Of a DNA stretch of 64,000 bases, positions 1-9,931 are shown piece by piece. A program made the translations under genes and the position numbers. Position 1 is the stretch's first letter. Each line of letters opens with the position of its first letter. The stretch is from Myxococcota bacterium (GTDB taxonomy: Bacteria > Myxococcota_A > UBA9042 > PHBI01 > JAWLBL01), in the NCBI GenBank assembly GCA_041687695.1, contig JAWLBL010000004.1:64001-128000 (forward strand), in the 5' to 3' direction. Under the pieces are notes generated by a model, which was not told the DNA's origin, made no database searches, and saw nothing but the letters and a program-made list of their open reading frames with translations.

Positions 1-111
1 GCCGGCGACGCAGCACGGACCCTCCACGGCCGCGAGTGCCGGCAGGGAGACCAGCGCCGACGCGATGAGCGCGAGCGCGGCCCAAGAGTGTCGTATCCCT
101 CTTCCTCTCAT
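1..111 (-). CDS. Secreted protein, 5' part only (runs off the window edge)
   Basis: Manual translation MRGRGIRHSWAALALIASALVSLPALAAVEGPCCVAG: basic N-terminus, hydrophobic core and ALA signal-peptidase site. GGAGGAG RBS at 121-127 on the minus strand. Confidence 0.7.
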   Translation of the reverse strand, partial: MRGRGIRHSWAALALIASALVSLPALAAVEGPCCVAG

Positions 112-165
112 GGCGTGTGACTCCTCCGTTGGTCGCCGGACGACGCGCCCGGTCCCTCCCGCTAG

Positions 166-181
166 AGCAACCGCCGTGCCG
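166..181 (-). promoter_or_regulatory. Putative sigma54 (-24/-12) promoter
   Basis: Minus strand reads CGGCACG-GCGG-TTGCT, matching TGGCACG-N4-TTGC(T/A) with correct GG-N10-GC spacing, ~55 bp upstream of the ATG at 111. Confidence 0.6.
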
Positions 182-423
182 ACCTCCAGGAGAGTCCCAA
201 CCGCCTTGAATCACACGAAGGTGACCTCCCCACCCGCCCCGCCCCGCCGCGCGCGCGCAGCCCCCCCGCCGCGCGCACGCACCGCTCGTCCACGCCCGCC
301 CGCCCCTCACCTCGCCAGCAGCCCTGAGCCCGCGCAGCGACACCCCGCGCTGGTCCAGCGCCCGCCCTGGCTCAGCCCGGGCGCTGTCTTCCCCCGCCCG
401 TCGTCGCTGCCTACACTTGCGCC

Positions 424-990
424 ATGACCTGGACCACCGAGCCGGCCTCCGAGCCGCAGCGCCCGCTGAAGCGCACCGAATACGACCAGCTGGTCGCCTC
501 CGGGGCGTTCACGGACGAGCACGTCGAGCTGATCCACGGGAGGATCCTGCGCACGGGCCCGCAAGGCGACCGACACGCCTGGTGCATCCAGAGGCTGACC
601 AGGCTGTTCAGGTCGCTCCCCGCCGAGGCCGACCTCCGCGTCCAGAGCCCGTTCGCGGCGTCCGACGACTCGGAGCCCGAGCCGGATCTCGCCGTCGTGG
701 CGGCTCGAGACGACGACTACGCCCATCCATCGGCTGCCTCCTTGCTCATCGAGGTCTCCGACGACTCGCGTCGACGCGACCTCGGCCTGAAGGCCGACCT
801 CTACGCCTCCGCCGACGTGCGGGAGTATTGGGTGGTCGACCTGAAGGCCCGCTGCGTCGTCGTCCACCGCGACGCCGATGGCTCCCGATGGACCCAGATC
901 ACCACCGTCCGCCCCGGCGGCAGCGTGTCACCCGTCGCCTTCCCGGACCTCGTGCTCCCGCTCGACGCCTTCCTCCCCGCCGCGGCATGA
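424..990 (+). CDS. Uma2/DUF820 family PD-(D/E)xK endonuclease-like protein
   Basis: Motifs VELIHGRI, EPEPDLAVV, LLIEVSDDS, K..LYA...V.EYWVVDL. Confidence 0.9.
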   Translation: MTWTTEPASEPQRPLKRTEYDQLVASGAFTDEHVELIHGRILRTGPQGDRHAWCIQRLTRLFRSLPAEADLRVQSPFAASDDSEPEPDLAVVAARDDDYAHPSAASLLIEVSDDSRRRDLGLKADLYASADVREYWVVDLKARCVVVHRDADGSRWTQITTVRPGGSVSPVAFPDLVLPLDAFLPAAA

Positions 991-1035
991 CCTGGAGTCG
1001 CGCCTCCCTGCGCAGGTCCATCGGGCCGGCCGGCG

Positions 1036-2361
1036 TCAGTCCGCGCCGGGGGGGCGGCGCTGCCAGCGGGTGATGAGCAGGGCCGGGACGAGGGTCGCCG
1101 CCGAGAGCCAGGCGAGGATGCGGAAGGCGCCGTCCCAGCCCAGCTCGGTGGCCAGGGCGGCCATGCCGACGCCGCCGAGGACGGCGCTGAAGAGGTAGCC
1201 GATGCCGTCGAGGAGGCCGGCGGCCGCGGCGGCGGCCTGGCGCCCGCCGAAGTCGATGGCGCCGGCGCCGGCGATGAGCGAGTAGGGCCCCATCAGGGTG
1301 AAGCCGACGACGCCGACCAGGACCAGGGCGGTGGTCGGGTCGGCGCCGAGCGGGCCGCCGAGCAGGAAGAGGGCGACGGTCAGCGCGGCCAGGAGCAGGA
1401 CCGAGATGGGGCCGCGGCGCCCCTTGGAGACGTAGTCGCTGTAGAAGCCGGCGAAGAGCGTGCCGGCGATGCCCGCGGCCGGGAAGAGCGAGCTCTTGGC
1501 GAGGGCCGCGCCGGCGTCGTCGCCCAGGCTGAGGAGGTAGCTGGTCGTCCAGGTGAGGAAGGCCAGGCGCAGGCCGGTCAGGCTGATGGAGAGGATGGCG
1601 AGCATCCAGAAGGGGCCGTTGGTCAGCAGGCGCTTGATGACGTCGCCGGTCAGGCCCGCCTCGCGCGGGGGGCCGGCCTCGGCGGCGTCGAGCGGGGGCT
1701 CTCCGACCGTCTCGGGCGCGCTCTTGAGCGTGAACCAGGCGACGCCCGCGAAGACCAGCGTGATGACCGCCGGGACGAAGAAGGCGCCGCGCCAGCCGAA
1801 GCCGGCGTCGACCACCAGGGCCGACAGGTTGCGCGCGACGATGTCGCCGGCCGAGAAGCTGAGGCTGAGCACCGCCATGACGCCACCGACCCGCCAGGTG
1901 GGGTACCACTGGGCGGTGACCTGCACCATGCCGACCCACCCGCCGGCCTGCAAAAAGCGGTTGGCCGACCAGATGACGATGAAGGCCGTCATGCCCCCGA
2001 ACAGGCCGAACAGGGCCGAGAAGAGGGCGGCCCCGAGCAGGCCGACCAGGAACAGGACGCGCCCGCCGACGATGTCGGCCAAAAAGCCGTGGGTGAACTT
2101 GCCGGCCGCGTAGAACCAGGTCGACACGGTGACGACGGAGCCCAGCGCCATGTCGCTCAGGCCCAGATCCCGGCCGATGAGCGGCATCACCGCGTCCAGG
2201 TTCGCGCGGCACAGGTAGTAGGCGACGTAGCCGACGAAGAGCGTCCAGAAGGTCGCGCGGCGCCAGCGCAAGAACCGGGGAGACCGGCGCTCGGCCTCGC
2301 GACGTGGCGGCGGCGGCGAGGGCGCCGCCGGGTTCACCTCGGAGACCGAGCGGGTCGTCAT
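1036..2361 (-). CDS. MFS transporter, OPA (GlpT/UhpC-like) family
   Basis: GYVAYYLCRAN, YAAGKF..G.LAD, FLQAGGW and AAAAAGLLDGIGY signatures; about 12 hydrophobic segments. Confidence 0.85.
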   Translation of the reverse strand: MTTRSVSEVNPAAPSPPPPRREAERRSPRFLRWRRATFWTLFVGYVAYYLCRANLDAVMPLIGRDLGLSDMALGSVVTVSTWFYAAGKFTHGFLADIVGGRVLFLVGLLGAALFSALFGLFGGMTAFIVIWSANRFLQAGGWVGMVQVTAQWYPTWRVGGVMAVLSLSFSAGDIVARNLSALVVDAGFGWRGAFFVPAVITLVFAGVAWFTLKSAPETVGEPPLDAAEAGPPREAGLTGDVIKRLLTNGPFWMLAILSISLTGLRLAFLTWTTSYLLSLGDDAGAALAKSSLFPAAGIAGTLFAGFYSDYVSKGRRGPISVLLLAALTVALFLLGGPLGADPTTALVLVGVVGFTLMGPYSLIAGAGAIDFGGRQAAAAAAGLLDGIGYLFSAVLGGVGMAALATELGWDGAFRILAWLSAATLVPALLITRWQRRPPGAD

Positions 2362-2368
2362 GCGGCGG

Positions 2369-5300
2369 CTACTCGCTGAGCGCCTGGATGGCCGAGGTCG
2401 CCCCCGGCGGGGCGGTGAGGCACTCGCCCTCGATCTTCACGGCGCACTCGTGGCCCTGTCCGTCCAGACGCGGCAGGCACGTCTGGCCCTTGGGGCACCG
2501 CGCGTTGGCGGGGATCGTGTCGTCGTCCGGGTCGCAGGCGCTGGGGCAGAAGGCCGGCAGCGGACCCGGGCGCGACCACACGCCGTCGCCGTCGACGTCG
2601 AGCAGGACGGCGTTGGTGGCGGCCATCGGGAAGATCGGGAAGAAGTCGGGGACGATGGGGGAGGGCGAGAAGAACAGGGCGAAGGCCTCGATGGCGCTGA
2701 AGGCGAGCGAGGCGACGCGCGGCAGCTGCAGCTCGCCGAAGGCGACCTCGAGGTAGACCGGGTCCATCAAGAGATCCTCGCGGGTGCCCAGCGCGATGAC
2801 GCTGACGAAGCCGTCCGCGTCGGGGGCCGGCACGGTCACCGTCTGGTCGAAGTCGACGATGACCTCGGGGCCGTGGTCGAGCTCGGCGACGTGTACCAGC
2901 TGCCCGGAGACGTAGACCTCGACGCGGTCGACGCCGAACCAGCTGGCGGTCTGGACCTTGACGTGGACGTCCATCGGCTCGCCGGCGGCGACCGAGGCGG
3001 TCTCGCCCGGGCCCTTGCCCGCGACGGTGACCTCGACGAAGGGCCCGAAGGTCGGCAGCGCCTGCCCGTCCACCAGCGCCCGCGCGACCTGCGTCGGCTC
3101 GATCTGCTGGGGCGTCGGCGCCTCGCTCTTCACGTAGGTCCGCGGCAGGCCCGGCTCGCGCTCGAAGCCGTGCGAGTCGCTGGCGGCCGTGATGGTGACG
3201 TTCAGACCGAGGTCCAGCCACTTCATCCAGTCGTCGTAGGTGCCCGGGTGGTGCACGCACGGCTTGTCGGCAATCTCCGCCGGGATGTCGCCGGTGTGCT
3301 GCGACGGGTCGCAGGCGCTCTCGTCGGCCGCCCCGCCCGCCTGGTGCTCCCAGTAGGCGGCGTGCTCCTCGGGCGTGCGGATGAGGATCTCGCGCGCCGT
3401 CAGGAACGCCAGCCGCCGCCGGTAGCGCTGCTTGCACTCGAAGAAGATCTCGCCCTCGGGGCAGGAGGCGAGCGGGTCGTCGCCGGTCAGCTCGGGGCAG
3501 GCGCTGTCGAGGGCCATGACGCTCTCGGCCGCGTCGAGGCGGTCGTTGCAGCGGTTGTAGAGGATGACCTCTCGGTTGGTGGCCTGGCGCACCAGATCGA
3601 AGCGCTTGGAGTTGAAGACCTCCATGGCGTCGAAGTCGCAGGTCGACCGGCTGAGCAGGACGTTGCCCGCCTCGAGGAAGTCCGGGGTGCGGGTGAGGTC
3701 GAACGGGTTGACGCCCAGCTGCGAGATGTAGCCGATGAAGCCGTCGCGCGGGTGCGCCATGATCTTCACGCCGTCGGCGTCGGCGCGGATGTGCTCGTCC
3801 AGCTCGTCCATGAGGGCCGGGCCGTCCTTGCAGGACCAGTCGGGCGCGCCGTTGTCCGGGATGAGGTTGCGGTCGTACGACAGGGGGAAGGCGATGAAGT
3901 GGCCGAGCTCGAGGGTCGACAGCTCGACGCCGATGGCCGTCTTGAGCCACTGCTCGGCGCGCAGATCGCGGACGGTCGGGGCGTAGTCGGTCACGACGTC
4001 GTGGTCGGTCGCGACCGCCAGCTCGAGGCCCTCGACGATGGCGTTGGTGACGCGCGTCGCGAGCTTGAGGCCCGAGTCGAAGCTGGGCTCGGCGTGCAGG
4101 TGGAAGTCGCCCGAGATCCAGCCCCCGGTGTCGACCTCGCGCCGCAGCACGGCCTCGACCGTCTGGACGCGGCCGCTGACCGCCTCGACGTCGATGCGCG
4201 CGACGCTGTACTCGGGCCCGCGGCTGACGACCAGCTGGTAGCGGCCGGGCTCGATCTCGACCTCGCCCTGGCCGTCGAGGGTCGTCTCGAGGTGGCGGAT
4301 GCCGTTGCCGAGGCGCCCCTCGCCCATGTACGGGCGGCGCAGGCCGTCGCGCGTCGCCAGCGTCCCGTCGGCCAGGACCGGCAGGAACGACAGCTTGGCG
4401 GGCAGCCGCGCCCCGCCCTGGTCGAGCACGACGAAACGCACCCGGGCCGGCGCCGGCAGCCGCGGCGCAAGGCGCGTCGTCTGGCCGACCTCGACGGTGA
4501 CGCGCTGCACGGGCGAGGTGACCGTCTGCGCGTCGTTGGTCGCGACGACGAGGTAGCTGCCCTTGGGCATGGTGGCCGAGAAGTCGCCGTCCTCGACCAT
4601 GTCCAGGCCCACGTCGGCGTCGATGACGTTGAGCAGCCCGACGTTGCCCGTCGCGCGCCGGTTGGCGTCGGCGATTTCAAAGGTGTCGGCGAAGTCGCGG
4701 GTCGGGTCGGGGTCACGGAAGACGAAGACGCGGCCGTTCTTCTCGGGGCTGCCGGCGGCGTTCGTCACGACGCCCGACAGGCGCCCGACCGGCGTGCCGC
4801 GGACCTCGAACATCACGTCGGCGATGGAGGCGATGTCGCCCTTGCCGACCACGAAGTAGCGCTCCCAGGACCACTGCCCCTGCTGGGTGCAGGGCGAGTC
4901 GTCGCCGTCCGAGGCGCTGCAGCTGGTGCCCGAGGTGACGAAGGCCGTGGCCGACGAGGTGATGATGGGGACCAGGACCTGCGGCTGGTTGGGGGCGTTG
5001 GCCCCGGCGCCCTGGCCCTGGGGCGGGCGGGGCGCCGCGGTGAAGTAGCCGTACGAGACGGCGCCGCCCGCGGCGGCCATGAAGTCGAAGGGCAGCGGGT
5101 AGGTGAAGGTGTCGCGGCCCTCGAACAGGGCGTCGAAGACGGCCTTGTCCTCGTCGAAGCCGATGCCGGGCGCGAAGATGTCGTTCTGCCCGCCGAAGAA
5201 GACGAAGTCGCCCGCGACCACGCCGGGGGCGAGGTCGGCGGCCGGATCGCCCAGCAGCTGCATGAAGATGGGCGTCGAGTCGGTGAAGTGGGGCAGCTCG

Positions 5301-5998
5301 GTGGGCGCCTCGGGGGCGCAGGCGCAGACCTGGCAGCCCTGGGTGTCCCAGGCGTAGCCGCCCGGGCAGGTGAGGTCGCAGTCCAGCGCCGGGCAGCTGC
5401 CGTCGTCGCCCGGGGCCGAGATGCGGCGCGCGACCGAGACCATGCGGACGTAGCGCTTGCCGGGCTCGAGGATGTAGTCCGTCTGCACCTCGAGGTGCAG
5501 CTTCACGTTCGGGAAGAGCAGCGAGAGCAGCGGGTCCTGCAGGATGGACAGCGCCTCGAGGAAGAACGAGCCGTCGGCGGTGACGCGCAGGACCGCGCGC
5601 TCGCCGTCGGAGCCGTCCTCGAGGATCTCGATGCGCGTCTCCTCGGGGCGCGGCACGAGCAGGTTCGCGAACGGGAACATCTCGGCGAACTGGTCGTGCC
5701 CGCGGCCGCCGCGAAAGCGCGCGTCGGGGCGGACGAGGTCGGCGTCGACCAGGGTGCCGCCGAAGACGCCCGGGCCCGGCGAGGACTGGTGGCCGAGGAT
5801 GCCGAGGCGGATCTGGTCGTTCTCGAGGATGAAGTCGCCGACGCGGGTCATGGCGACGTCGCCGCCGATGAGCTGCTCGGGGGCGGTGGCCTGGAAGGCG
5901 CGGAGCGGGGCCTTGCGGTCCTCGGTGCAGCCCTGCGAGGCGACGAGCGCGACGAGGGCGGCGGAGAGGGCCGCCCGGTGGGCGAGCGGCGTCCTCAT
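2369..5998 (-). CDS. Large lipoprotein with PHP-type (CehA/McbA-like) metallohydrolase domain
   Basis: Start MRTPLAHRAALSAALVALVASQGC (lipobox-like). PHP motifs GDFHLHAEPSFDS, ATDHD, GVELS..GHF, AHPR, EVFN, AASDSH. ATG overlaps the upstream stop (ATGA). Confidence 0.8.
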   Translation of the reverse strand: MRTPLAHRAALSAALVALVASQGCTEDRKAPLRAFQATAPEQLIGGDVAMTRVGDFILENDQIRLGILGHQSSPGPGVFGGTLVDADLVRPDARFRGGRGHDQFAEMFPFANLLVPRPEETRIEILEDGSDGERAVLRVTADGSFFLEALSILQDPLLSLLFPNVKLHLEVQTDYILEPGKRYVRMVSVARRISAPGDDGSCPALDCDLTCPGGYAWDTQGCQVCACAPEAPTELPHFTDSTPIFMQLLGDPAADLAPGVVAGDFVFFGGQNDIFAPGIGFDEDKAVFDALFEGRDTFTYPLPFDFMAAAGGAVSYGYFTAAPRPPQGQGAGANAPNQPQVLVPIITSSATAFVTSGTSCSASDGDDSPCTQQGQWSWERYFVVGKGDIASIADVMFEVRGTPVGRLSGVVTNAAGSPEKNGRVFVFRDPDPTRDFADTFEIADANRRATGNVGLLNVIDADVGLDMVEDGDFSATMPKGSYLVVATNDAQTVTSPVQRVTVEVGQTTRLAPRLPAPARVRFVVLDQGGARLPAKLSFLPVLADGTLATRDGLRRPYMGEGRLGNGIRHLETTLDGQGEVEIEPGRYQLVVSRGPEYSVARIDVEAVSGRVQTVEAVLRREVDTGGWISGDFHLHAEPSFDSGLKLATRVTNAIVEGLELAVATDHDVVTDYAPTVRDLRAEQWLKTAIGVELSTLELGHFIAFPLSYDRNLIPDNGAPDWSCKDGPALMDELDEHIRADADGVKIMAHPRDGFIGYISQLGVNPFDLTRTPDFLEAGNVLLSRSTCDFDAMEVFNSKRFDLVRQATNREVILYNRCNDRLDAAESVMALDSACPELTGDDPLASCPEGEIFFECKQRYRRRLAFLTAREILIRTPEEHAAYWEHQAGGAADESACDPSQHTGDIPAEIADKPCVHHPGTYDDWMKWLDLGLNVTITAASDSHGFEREPGLPRTYVKSEAPTPQQIEPTQVARALVDGQALPTFGPFVEVTVAGKGPGETASVAAGEPMDVHVKVQTASWFGVDRVEVYVSGQLVHVAELDHGPEVIVDFDQTVTVPAPDADGFVSVIALGTREDLLMDPVYLEVAFGELQLPRVASLAFSAIEAFALFFSPSPIVPDFFPIFPMAATNAVLLDVDGDGVWSRPGPLPAFCPSACDPDDDTIPANARCPKGQTCLPRLDGQGHECAVKIEGECLTAPPGATSAIQALSE

Positions 5999-7179
5999 AG
6001 GCCGAGCTGCAGCTGCAGGAGCAGCGTGTCGTTGTCGAGCGAGGGGCCGTGCAGCTCGCTGCGGTGGATGTAGTCGAGCTGCAGCTTGGCGAAGTGGCGG
6101 TTCAGATAGACCTGCAGGCCGCCCTGGACGACGAGCTGGTCGCCCGCGTCCTCGAGGCCGGTGTGGTCGTCGATGAGCTCGGCGCGGACGGTGGCGCCCA
6201 GCAGATCGCCGAGCAGCAGGTAGCCGGTCTCGGCGACGAAGGCGCGGCGGTCGACGCCGGCGGGGAGGTCGGTGGGGGTGTTGGGCTGGCTCGACGGCGT
6301 CGCCGAGTCGAAGATGGCCTCGGCGACGAAGTGCCACCCGCGGGCCTTCATGACGAGGTCGGCTTCCCACGCCGTGGTCTCGACCGAGTAGCCGTCGCCG
6401 AAGAAGAACGAGCCGCCGACGCCGAAGACGAAGTCGCCGCGCTCGAAGTCGGGCAGGCCGGGGCCGACGTCGCCCAGCGGCTGCACGTCGACGCGCGCGA
6501 CGTAGGCGAGGCGGTCGAAGCGGTTGCCCTCGAAGCCGCTGGGGTTGGCGTAGCCCTCGTGGAAGTTGGCGCGGCGCTCGGGGCCGTTGTAGGCGCCGAG
6601 CGCGTACTTCAGCAGGCCGTGCGAGAGGGTGCCTTCGAGCGTCAGGCCGACCAGCCGGAACGGCGCCATCGCCTGCACGGCCAGCGGGCGGTCGATGAGC
6701 GCCCCGTCGGAGGCCGAGTGCAGCGCGAAGCGCGAGAAGGGCACCTTGCGGGCGCCCAGGACCAGCCCGACCGGCGTGCCGAGGCGGTAGCCGATCCAGG
6801 CGTCGAGCATCTGGACGTCGTCGGCGGCGGTCTCGGCGCTGACCTCGAAGGACAGCTTCGGCGCCAGCGCCCCGACCAGGCCGAAGCGGGCGCGACGCAT
6901 GCGGAAGCCCTCGCGCTGGGCCGGGTCACCGTTCTCGAGCAGGTTGTCGTCGCCCGTGACGATCGCCGCCTGGCTCTGCAGCAGCGCATAGGGCGCCAGG
7001 GTCACCCCGTCGCTCGACCACTCGAGCAGGGAGGGCCGCAGCAGCTCGGGCGGCCGGTCGGCCAACGGATCGACGTCGGTCGCCGTCGGCAGGTCGTCGT
7101 GCGCGAGGGCCGGGGCCCCCAGGGAGGTGGTCAGCGCCAGCAGGGCCGCGGGCAGCGTGGACAGGAAGGGGTGTCGCAT
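5995..7179 (-). CDS. Outer-membrane porin, phosphate-selective OprO/OprP-like
   Basis: Signal peptide MRHPFLSTLPAALLAL..ALA; GFRMRRARFG, MLDAWIGY, GARKVPFS; amphipathic beta-strands; C-terminal LQLQLGL. Confidence 0.75.
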   Translation of the reverse strand: MRHPFLSTLPAALLALTTSLGAPALAHDDLPTATDVDPLADRPPELLRPSLLEWSSDGVTLAPYALLQSQAAIVTGDDNLLENGDPAQREGFRMRRARFGLVGALAPKLSFEVSAETAADDVQMLDAWIGYRLGTPVGLVLGARKVPFSRFALHSASDGALIDRPLAVQAMAPFRLVGLTLEGTLSHGLLKYALGAYNGPERRANFHEGYANPSGFEGNRFDRLAYVARVDVQPLGDVGPGLPDFERGDFVFGVGGSFFFGDGYSVETTAWEADLVMKARGWHFVAEAIFDSATPSSQPNTPTDLPAGVDRRAFVAETGYLLLGDLLGATVRAELIDDHTGLEDAGDQLVVQGGLQVYLNRHFAKLQLDYIHRSELHGPSLDNDTLLLQLQLGL

Positions 7180-7337
7180 CGAAGGAGGCCTCGGGTCCGG
7201 TGGAAAGCCTGCGACACCCATAGCGCGGATGCCGCCCGCTGCAAACCCGTACCCGTGCGCCGTCGTGTGACGATTTCGCAACGCGGTCGCGTCGGGTCGC
7301 CTGGCCTCGCCTCGGAGGCGCCAGCGACGCCGCGGCC

Positions 7338-9266
7338 TCAGTCGATCATCTTGTAGCCGCCGCCGGACGGGCCCTGCTTCGGCTCGCGGGCCTCGGGCGC
7401 CGGCTCGAGCGTGACGGCGCGCCGGGCGCCGCGATCGGCCGGGGTCAGCTGCAAGGTGGCCGTCTTGTGACCGCGCGCGGCGATCCTCAGCTTCGGGGGG
7501 GCCTCGTCGGCGGCCCAGCGGACCTCGACCGGCGTCAGGCCCAGGCGCGTCTTGCCGTGGTAGACGGCGGCCCGCGGCGCGGCGTCGACGGTGGCCGGCG
7601 CCAGCGCGGCCGGCTGGGCGGGCTCCGCTTCGGGCGCCTCGACCGCGGCGGGCGGGGGCTCGGGCGGCGTCGGCTGGGCCTGCGCGGCTTCGGCGATCGG
7701 GTCGGCGGCAGGCGTCGGTGCCTGGGCCGGAGCCTCGGGCGGCGCCTCGGCCGGCGCGTCGACCTCGGCCGTGGCCTGGGCCGGGGCCTCGGAGGGGGCC
7801 GGGGCCGGATCGTCGGCGGTGACCGTCGCCGTCGGGGGCTCGGCCGGCGTCGAGGGCGAGGCCGGCGCCTGATGGACGGCCTCGGGCGCCCCGGCCACGG
7901 GCGCGGCGGGCGGACGGGCCATGAACCAGCCCCCGGCGCCCAGCGCCAGCAAGGCCACGGCGGCCGCCGGGTAGCGCCAGAACGAGGGCTTGCCCGAGGA
8001 CGCCTCGTCGTCGGGCGCCTCGCTCGGGACGTCCGCGTCCGTCCCGAGCCCCCACTCGGCGCGATCGGCCGCGCGGTGGGTGTCGACGGGGTCGGGGCCG
8101 GGCGCCGCGGCGGGCTCGACCGGCGAAGCCGCGGCGGCGGTCGTGGGCGCCGCGATGGCGGGCAGGTCGAAGCGGCTCGAGCGCACCTTGGCCTCGACGA
8201 CGAGCTCGTGGGCCTGGTCGAGGGTCATGGGCAGGGTCGCGGAGTGCACCTCGCCCTCGCCGCCGGCCAGCGGGGCGTCCGCGCACGCGTTGAGCGCCCG
8301 CAGCAGGGCCTCGGCGCCCGCCGGCCGCTCTTCGGGCTTTTTGGCGAGGCACCACATCACGACGTCGGCCAGCGGCCCGGTCAGCACCTGCCCGTCGATG
8401 GAGGGTGGCTTGGGCATCTCCATCACGTGGGCGACGACGTAGTCGGTCGGCGACTTGCCCTCGAAGACCGACCGGCCGGTCAACATCTCGTAGAGGATGG
8501 CGCCCAGCGCGTAGAGATCGGTCTGCGGCGTGATGGCCGTCCCTCGCGCCTGCTCGGGCGCCATGTAGCGGGGCGAGCCGATGATGGCGCCGGTCTTGGT
8601 CAGGTTCAGCTCGGCCGCCGCCGAGCCGGAGACCTTGGCGATGCCGAAGTCGAGGACCTTGATGACGTCGCGCTTGCGGCCGATCTGGACGACGAACAGG
8701 TTCTCGGGCTTGAGATCGCGGTGGACGATGCCCTGGTCGTGGGCCTCGCCGAGCGCCTCGCAGATCTGCACGGCCAGCTGCACGATGCGCTTGGGGTCGA
8801 GCGGCGCCTCGCGCTTCATCAGCGCCGACAGCGGCTCGCCCTCGAGGTACTCCATCACGAGGAACAGGCGCCCGTCCTCGCTCTGCCCGAAGTCGATGAG
8901 GCCCACGATGTTGGGGTGGTGGAACCCCGACATGGCGCGCGCCTCCTGCTGGAAGCGGGCCACCTCGCGCAGGTTGTCGTTCAGATCGGTGTTGAGGACC
9001 TTGAGCGCGACCGGCCGTCCGACCGCCAGCTGGGTCGCCTTGTACACGGCGCCCATGCCGCCGCGGCCGATCCGCTGCTCGATGCGATAGCGCCCCTCGA
9101 AGATCGTGCCGATGAGCGGGTCGCGGGCCGCCTTCTTCTTGCGGTAGCGCTCCGCGTCCACCGTCGGGAAGCCATCGGCCGGGCACACCGAGTCGTCGGT
9201 CGTCGCGCGACACTGCGGACAGATTCTGGTGGCCGGCGCGGACGGATCGGACCCTGACTCGGACAT
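7338..9266 (-). CDS. Membrane Ser/Thr protein kinase (Pkn2/PknB type)
   Basis: N-terminal CPQC..CPADG zinc ribbon; GRGGMGAVY, VALK, HRDLKPEN, DFG, YMAPE; one TM helix, Pro/Ala linker, PEGA-like C-terminus. Confidence 0.92.
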   Translation of the reverse strand: MSESGSDPSAPATRICPQCRATTDDSVCPADGFPTVDAERYRKKKAARDPLIGTIFEGRYRIEQRIGRGGMGAVYKATQLAVGRPVALKVLNTDLNDNLREVARFQQEARAMSGFHHPNIVGLIDFGQSEDGRLFLVMEYLEGEPLSALMKREAPLDPKRIVQLAVQICEALGEAHDQGIVHRDLKPENLFVVQIGRKRDVIKVLDFGIAKVSGSAAAELNLTKTGAIIGSPRYMAPEQARGTAITPQTDLYALGAILYEMLTGRSVFEGKSPTDYVVAHVMEMPKPPSIDGQVLTGPLADVVMWCLAKKPEERPAGAEALLRALNACADAPLAGGEGEVHSATLPMTLDQAHELVVEAKVRSSRFDLPAIAAPTTAAAASPVEPAAAPGPDPVDTHRAADRAEWGLGTDADVPSEAPDDEASSGKPSFWRYPAAAVALLALGAGGWFMARPPAAPVAGAPEAVHQAPASPSTPAEPPTATVTADDPAPAPSEAPAQATAEVDAPAEAPPEAPAQAPTPAADPIAEAAQAQPTPPEPPPAAVEAPEAEPAQPAALAPATVDAAPRAAVYHGKTRLGLTPVEVRWAADEAPPKLRIAARGHKTATLQLTPADRGARRAVTLEPAPEAREPKQGPSGGGYKMID

Positions 9267-9346
9267 GGCCCCCCCTAGGCCCCTAAGCCTAGGCAACGTG
9301 GCCCCGTCTTGGCAAGGCGCCGCCCCGCGCGAGGCGTGCGTTCGGG

Positions 9347-9781
9347 TCACGCGCCGGGCAGCGCCGCGCCGATGGCGGCGGCCACGCGCGCCATGTGGGC
9401 CTCGTCGTCGTAGGGGTGGCGCGGCCAGAAGAAGCCCTTGAGGCCGTCCTTGGGGCGGCGCGGCACGACGTGGACGTGCAGGTGCGGCACGCTCTGGCTG
9501 ACGCGGTTGTTCATCGCGACGAAGGTGCCGCCCGCCTCGAGCGCCGCCTCGACGGCCACGGCGACGCGCCGGACCAGCAGAAAGAGCGGGCCCACGACCG
9601 CTGTGGGGAGATCGGGCAGCGTGGCGTGGTGCTCGCGCGGCACCACCAGGACGTGCCCTGGGAAGAGCGGCCGGTGATCCAGGAAGGCGAACCCGTCGGG
9701 GCCGTCGTAGACGACGTGGGCGGCGCGCGCGCCCGAGAGGAGGTCGCAGAAGACGCAGCGGGCGGGGGCCGTAGGGGGCAT
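9347..9781 (-). CDS. HIT family nucleotide hydrolase
   Basis: CVFC, FLDHRPLFPGHVLVVP, QSVPHLHVHVVPR (HxHxH triad). Confidence 0.92.
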   Translation of the reverse strand: MPPTAPARCVFCDLLSGARAAHVVYDGPDGFAFLDHRPLFPGHVLVVPREHHATLPDLPTAVVGPLFLLVRRVAVAVEAALEAGGTFVAMNNRVSQSVPHLHVHVVPRRPKDGLKGFFWPRHPYDDEAHMARVAAAIGAALPGA

Positions 9782-9931
9782 GCGGGGGCGGGCCTCGTGT
9801 TGGACAGGGAGTCGTCCAGCTTTACCGCCTCGGGGGCGCACGCCCCAGCTTGCGCCTGCAAAGGCGGCCACCTATCCTCGACCCGAGCGCCCGGGCAGCG
9901 GCGCGGCCCCCCTCTCGAGTGAGACGAGCGC

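Noticed and set aside
424..990. Uma2 nuclease as part of a defence or restriction system
   Set aside because: It stands alone, with no methyltransferase or other defence genes nearby; the family is commonly expanded as solitary genes.
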